Shown one piece after another: positions 61,652 to 64,000 of a stretch of 64,000 nt of DNA. How positions within the stretch are numbered: position 1 is the first letter of the stretch; every line of letters begins with the position of its first letter. The position numbers and the translations under genes were made by a program. A model generated the notes under the pieces. That model saw only the letters and a program-made list of their open reading frames with translations. It was not told where the DNA came from and did no database searches. Origin of the DNA: an uncultured bacterium (GTDB lineage Bacteria > Bacteroidota > Bacteroidia > Chitinophagales > Chitinophagaceae); assembly GCA_903921675.1 (NCBI GenBank), contig CAIXQW010000256.1, forward strand, positions 12,958-76,957, given 5' to 3'.

Positions 61652-63553
61652 CTACTCTACCACAAAACCCACTTTTTCCATTGCACTACTTTTTTGCAAT
61701 ACTAAATAATACATTCCTGCTGGCAATGCGCCTTTATTAAAATGAATAGTGTGCTCTCCGCTTTCTAATTCGTTATTCAGTAAATTTTTTAATAACTGGC
61801 CTTGCGTATTGATGATGTAAATATGAATATTTTCTTCAGCGCTTTGTTGCCAAGTAAAAGTAAAATCTTGATAGCCCGGATTTGGATAAACAGTAGCTTT
61901 GCTATTGTTGTTTTTGTAATTGATAACAGCTGCCGGCAATGTGGCATTGGTTAATTGGCTTATCCAAGTATTATAACTAGCCTTGCGCGAATTGTTGCCA
62001 GCATAAGCACCTGCGCACCATACTTCTGGAATTGCCTCGCCATATTTTCGCTGAATGCCTGTGTAATCGCCCCATCTTTCTGGGTTGTTTGGATACTGCG
62101 GAGGGTAAAGCATATTGATAGTGGTATCTCCTTTTTTTAATACAATAGCATTACTAAAATTCATAGCATCATCTATGCTTACAGCACACACTTGTGGGTA
62201 CAAAGCTGTATCGCATTGCAAATAGCAAATTACGGCACTTTTATCTTTTTCTGTAAATCCAAAACTTGCCACTGCAGGATAAGCAAGTACCGTACCTGCA
62301 TTACCAAATGATTTTACACTCGCTTTTTGAGTGCGTAAATCTATGCGACCATATTGTATACCACACCAACCAGTATCTATATTGGCATCAAATGTATAAT
62401 GCAATACGCTATCCAAGAAAAATGCATTTTGCACTACGCTACTGCCTGTGCTAATAGAATCTTTATAGCCAGTTGGTGGGTCGTATATAAATGCATTGGC
62501 ACATACATCAAACTTTGGTACACTATATTGGTAGCTGATTAACTGTGCATTTGGCTCGTATAATTCTTTCGTAATCTGAAAAACATTTACAGCAGTATCG
62601 CCATCTGGCCAATTACTTACAAACCACATATCTTTATTTGCAATAATTGCCTCCCCTAATCCATGTGGTGCAGGCACTATGGTAAAGCCTGGTTTACCAT
62701 CTAAATAATTAATATTACCAGCCCATACTTTATAATTTAAAAAACTTCCTGCACCATAACCATCTGCTAAACTGATTTGATAAATTACAGATTGATTGTA
62801 AGCATAAGTTGGCGCTCCTTTAAATAAGTTTACATTAATAAATAACTCATTATTATTAATACCAATATTTGGATAATCGGCCCAAGAACTATCTGCTAAA
62901 GGATTGCCTGTAATGCCATAAATATTCCAACCTTGCATGGGATTATTGGTTTTACTGTAGGCTATCACTATTTTATTTTTTTTAAAATCTGCAGGTGCTG
63001 TTAAAATAATAGTGATAAATCTATCATGTACATTATCATAAATTACTCTTGGGTCGTATTTTCCGTTTTGGAAATTGGCATTGTTGTTCAAAAAATCGTT
63101 CCATACAATACTGTCTTTTATTATTGTACCTGTATTATCGGCATAAGTTAAATTCCAATTATCTACACTTACTATTCTACCATCGCGGCTAATGGCCATG
63201 CTATTATCTGTTGGCACCAAGCTATGCAACTGATTGCCTTTAAAGTTGATGCCTTGCACAGGGGCAAGTGTTCTTGTTTTTTTTGGTAAAGAGTAGTGTT
63301 GTGTACCTGCTACACGAAGTTTTGCAAATGCCTCTTTTTTCTCTTCTACTCTTGCACTAGTTGGATATAGCTCTACTTCAGCTTCTTTATTTTCTACTAC
63401 TATATTCCACAACTTACCTTGCAAGGTAGCCGCTGTAGTACTTTCTAATAATGGAGTTTGTTGTATAGGCGATGCTTTGCCCACAGCCAATTGTGCATTT
63501 ACAAAAAATGGATGTAAGGAAATACCTACAATAATTGCGAAAACTTTTTTCAT
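61652..63553 (-). CDS. secreted protein with T9SS type A C-terminal sorting domain
   Basis: 633 aa with a signal peptide ending NAQ. The C-terminus is ATVYPNPGYQDFTFTW...AGMYYLVLQKSSAMEKVGFVVE. Confidence 0.72.
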   Translation of the reverse strand: MKKVFAIIVGISLHPFFVNAQLAVGKASPIQQTPLLESTTAATLQGKLWNIVVENKEAEVELYPTSARVEEKKEAFAKLRVAGTQHYSLPKKTRTLAPVQGINFKGNQLHSLVPTDNSMAISRDGRIVSVDNWNLTYADNTGTIIKDSIVWNDFLNNNANFQNGKYDPRVIYDNVHDRFITIILTAPADFKKNKIVIAYSKTNNPMQGWNIYGITGNPLADSSWADYPNIGINNNELFINVNLFKGAPTYAYNQSVIYQISLADGYGAGSFLNYKVWAGNINYLDGKPGFTIVPAPHGLGEAIIANKDMWFVSNWPDGDTAVNVFQITKELYEPNAQLISYQYSVPKFDVCANAFIYDPPTGYKDSISTGSSVVQNAFFLDSVLHYTFDANIDTGWCGIQYGRIDLRTQKASVKSFGNAGTVLAYPAVASFGFTEKDKSAVICYLQCDTALYPQVCAVSIDDAMNFSNAIVLKKGDTTINMLYPPQYPNNPERWGDYTGIQRKYGEAIPEVWCAGAYAGNNSRKASYNTWISQLTNATLPAAVINYKNNNSKATVYPNPGYQDFTFTWQQSAEENIHIYIINTQGQLLKNLLNNELESGEHTIHFNKGALPAGMYYLVLQKSSAMEKVGFVVE

Positions 63554-63793
63554 GCTACTAAAATTAATGGATATAAAAATACTGAAAAATATTGGAAGCC
63601 TTTTAAATAAATAATGCTGAAATAAAAAAACACCAGTCTAGCTACTAGCGTTTTAGAATAATTATAATGGTAAAATATTAAATTCCTACTTTAGGAGTAC
63701 CTAAAACAGGAATACATAATACTTGACCTGAATAAATTTCATCTGCCTGAACAGAACAGTCTTTACAAAAAATTGATATCTTGCAAATAGTTA

Positions 63794-64000
63794 ATGATGA
63801 AGAATAGTTTTTCTGGGTACGCCTTACTATGCTGTTATGCAGTAATGCTTTTTTTTGGATTACAATATTATCCGAAATGGACTAAAAGCGGCTCGGAGGC
63901 AACTATTAGTTGGGATGTGCAAGGCTATTACACCTATTTGCCAGCATTCCTAATTTACAAAGATTATCATCAGTGCCATTTCAGAGATTCGTTTAATAAT
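63794..64000 (+). CDS. partial CDS (first 69 codons, runs off the window end): polytopic membrane protein N-terminus
   Basis: My translation is MMKNSFSGYALLCCYAVMLFFGLQYYPKWTKSGSEATISWDVQGYYTYLPAFLIYKDYHQCHFRDSFNN, open to the last base. The ISWDVxGYYxYLPAxFIY pattern recalls large Bacteroidota glycosyltransferase-like membrane proteins. Confidence 0.5.
   Translation, partial: MMKNSFSGYALLCCYAVMLFFGLQYYPKWTKSGSEATISWDVQGYYTYLPAFLIYKDYHQCHFRDSFNN

Noticed and set aside
1-64000. Looked for rRNA, tRNA (T-loop GGTTCGAATCC-like), CRISPR repeat arrays, transposase/integrase genes and phage blocks.
   Set aside because: None seen by eye in any intergenic region or ORF. The only mobile-like items are the REP-like repeat and the degraded Doc module. 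A tRNAscan/Infernal run would be needed to be certain.

Overview
A low-GC (about 35%) chromosomal segment that looks like Bacteroidota. Three things support this: T9SS type A and type B C-terminal sorting domains, TAnnTTTG -7 promoter boxes, and signal peptides that almost always expose Gln at +1. Most of the window is ordinary housekeeping and envelope genes: a moxR-DUF58 operon, yciO-like, mutL, a GH3/beta-lactamase-fold fusion, a vWA protein, a transketolase N-subunit, clpS, a TonB-dependent receptor, dnaN, an SDR, nifU-like, DUF4290-murA, alkD-like, GSCFA, an EamA transporter, an M28/glutaminyl-cyclase-like lipoprotein, an eptA-like transferase and a fatty-acid hydroxylase. I found no rRNA, tRNA, CRISPR array, transposase or integrase. 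The stand-out region is a tightly packed minus-strand operon at about 45.9-57.7 kb. It encodes a cytoplasmic 869-aa actin/Hsp70-fold ATPase, four single-pass membrane proteins (two share a paralogous cytoplasmic N-module), and a 1824-aa polytopic protein. The membrane core of that large protein carries SEDS-like motifs, and its C-terminal ectodomain has all three penicillin-binding transpeptidase motifs (SIKP, SSN, KTGT). Its layout parallels the MreB/RodZ/RodA/PBP2 elongasome, but no gene looks canonical, so I flag it as a candidate undescribed envelope-synthesis machine. Smaller observations are: a Doc toxin gene killed by one in-frame TAA next to an intact small partner gene; MurA with Asp in place of the fosfomycin-target Cys; a small secreted protein with repeated KACCKKG motifs; 45-aa tandem repeats in the vWA protein; a perfect 19-bp palindrome; REP-like intergenic repeats; and many -7 boxes only 4-7 nt from start codons, which suggests leaderless mRNAs. 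All calls come from reading the sequence and motifs by eye. No database search was run.
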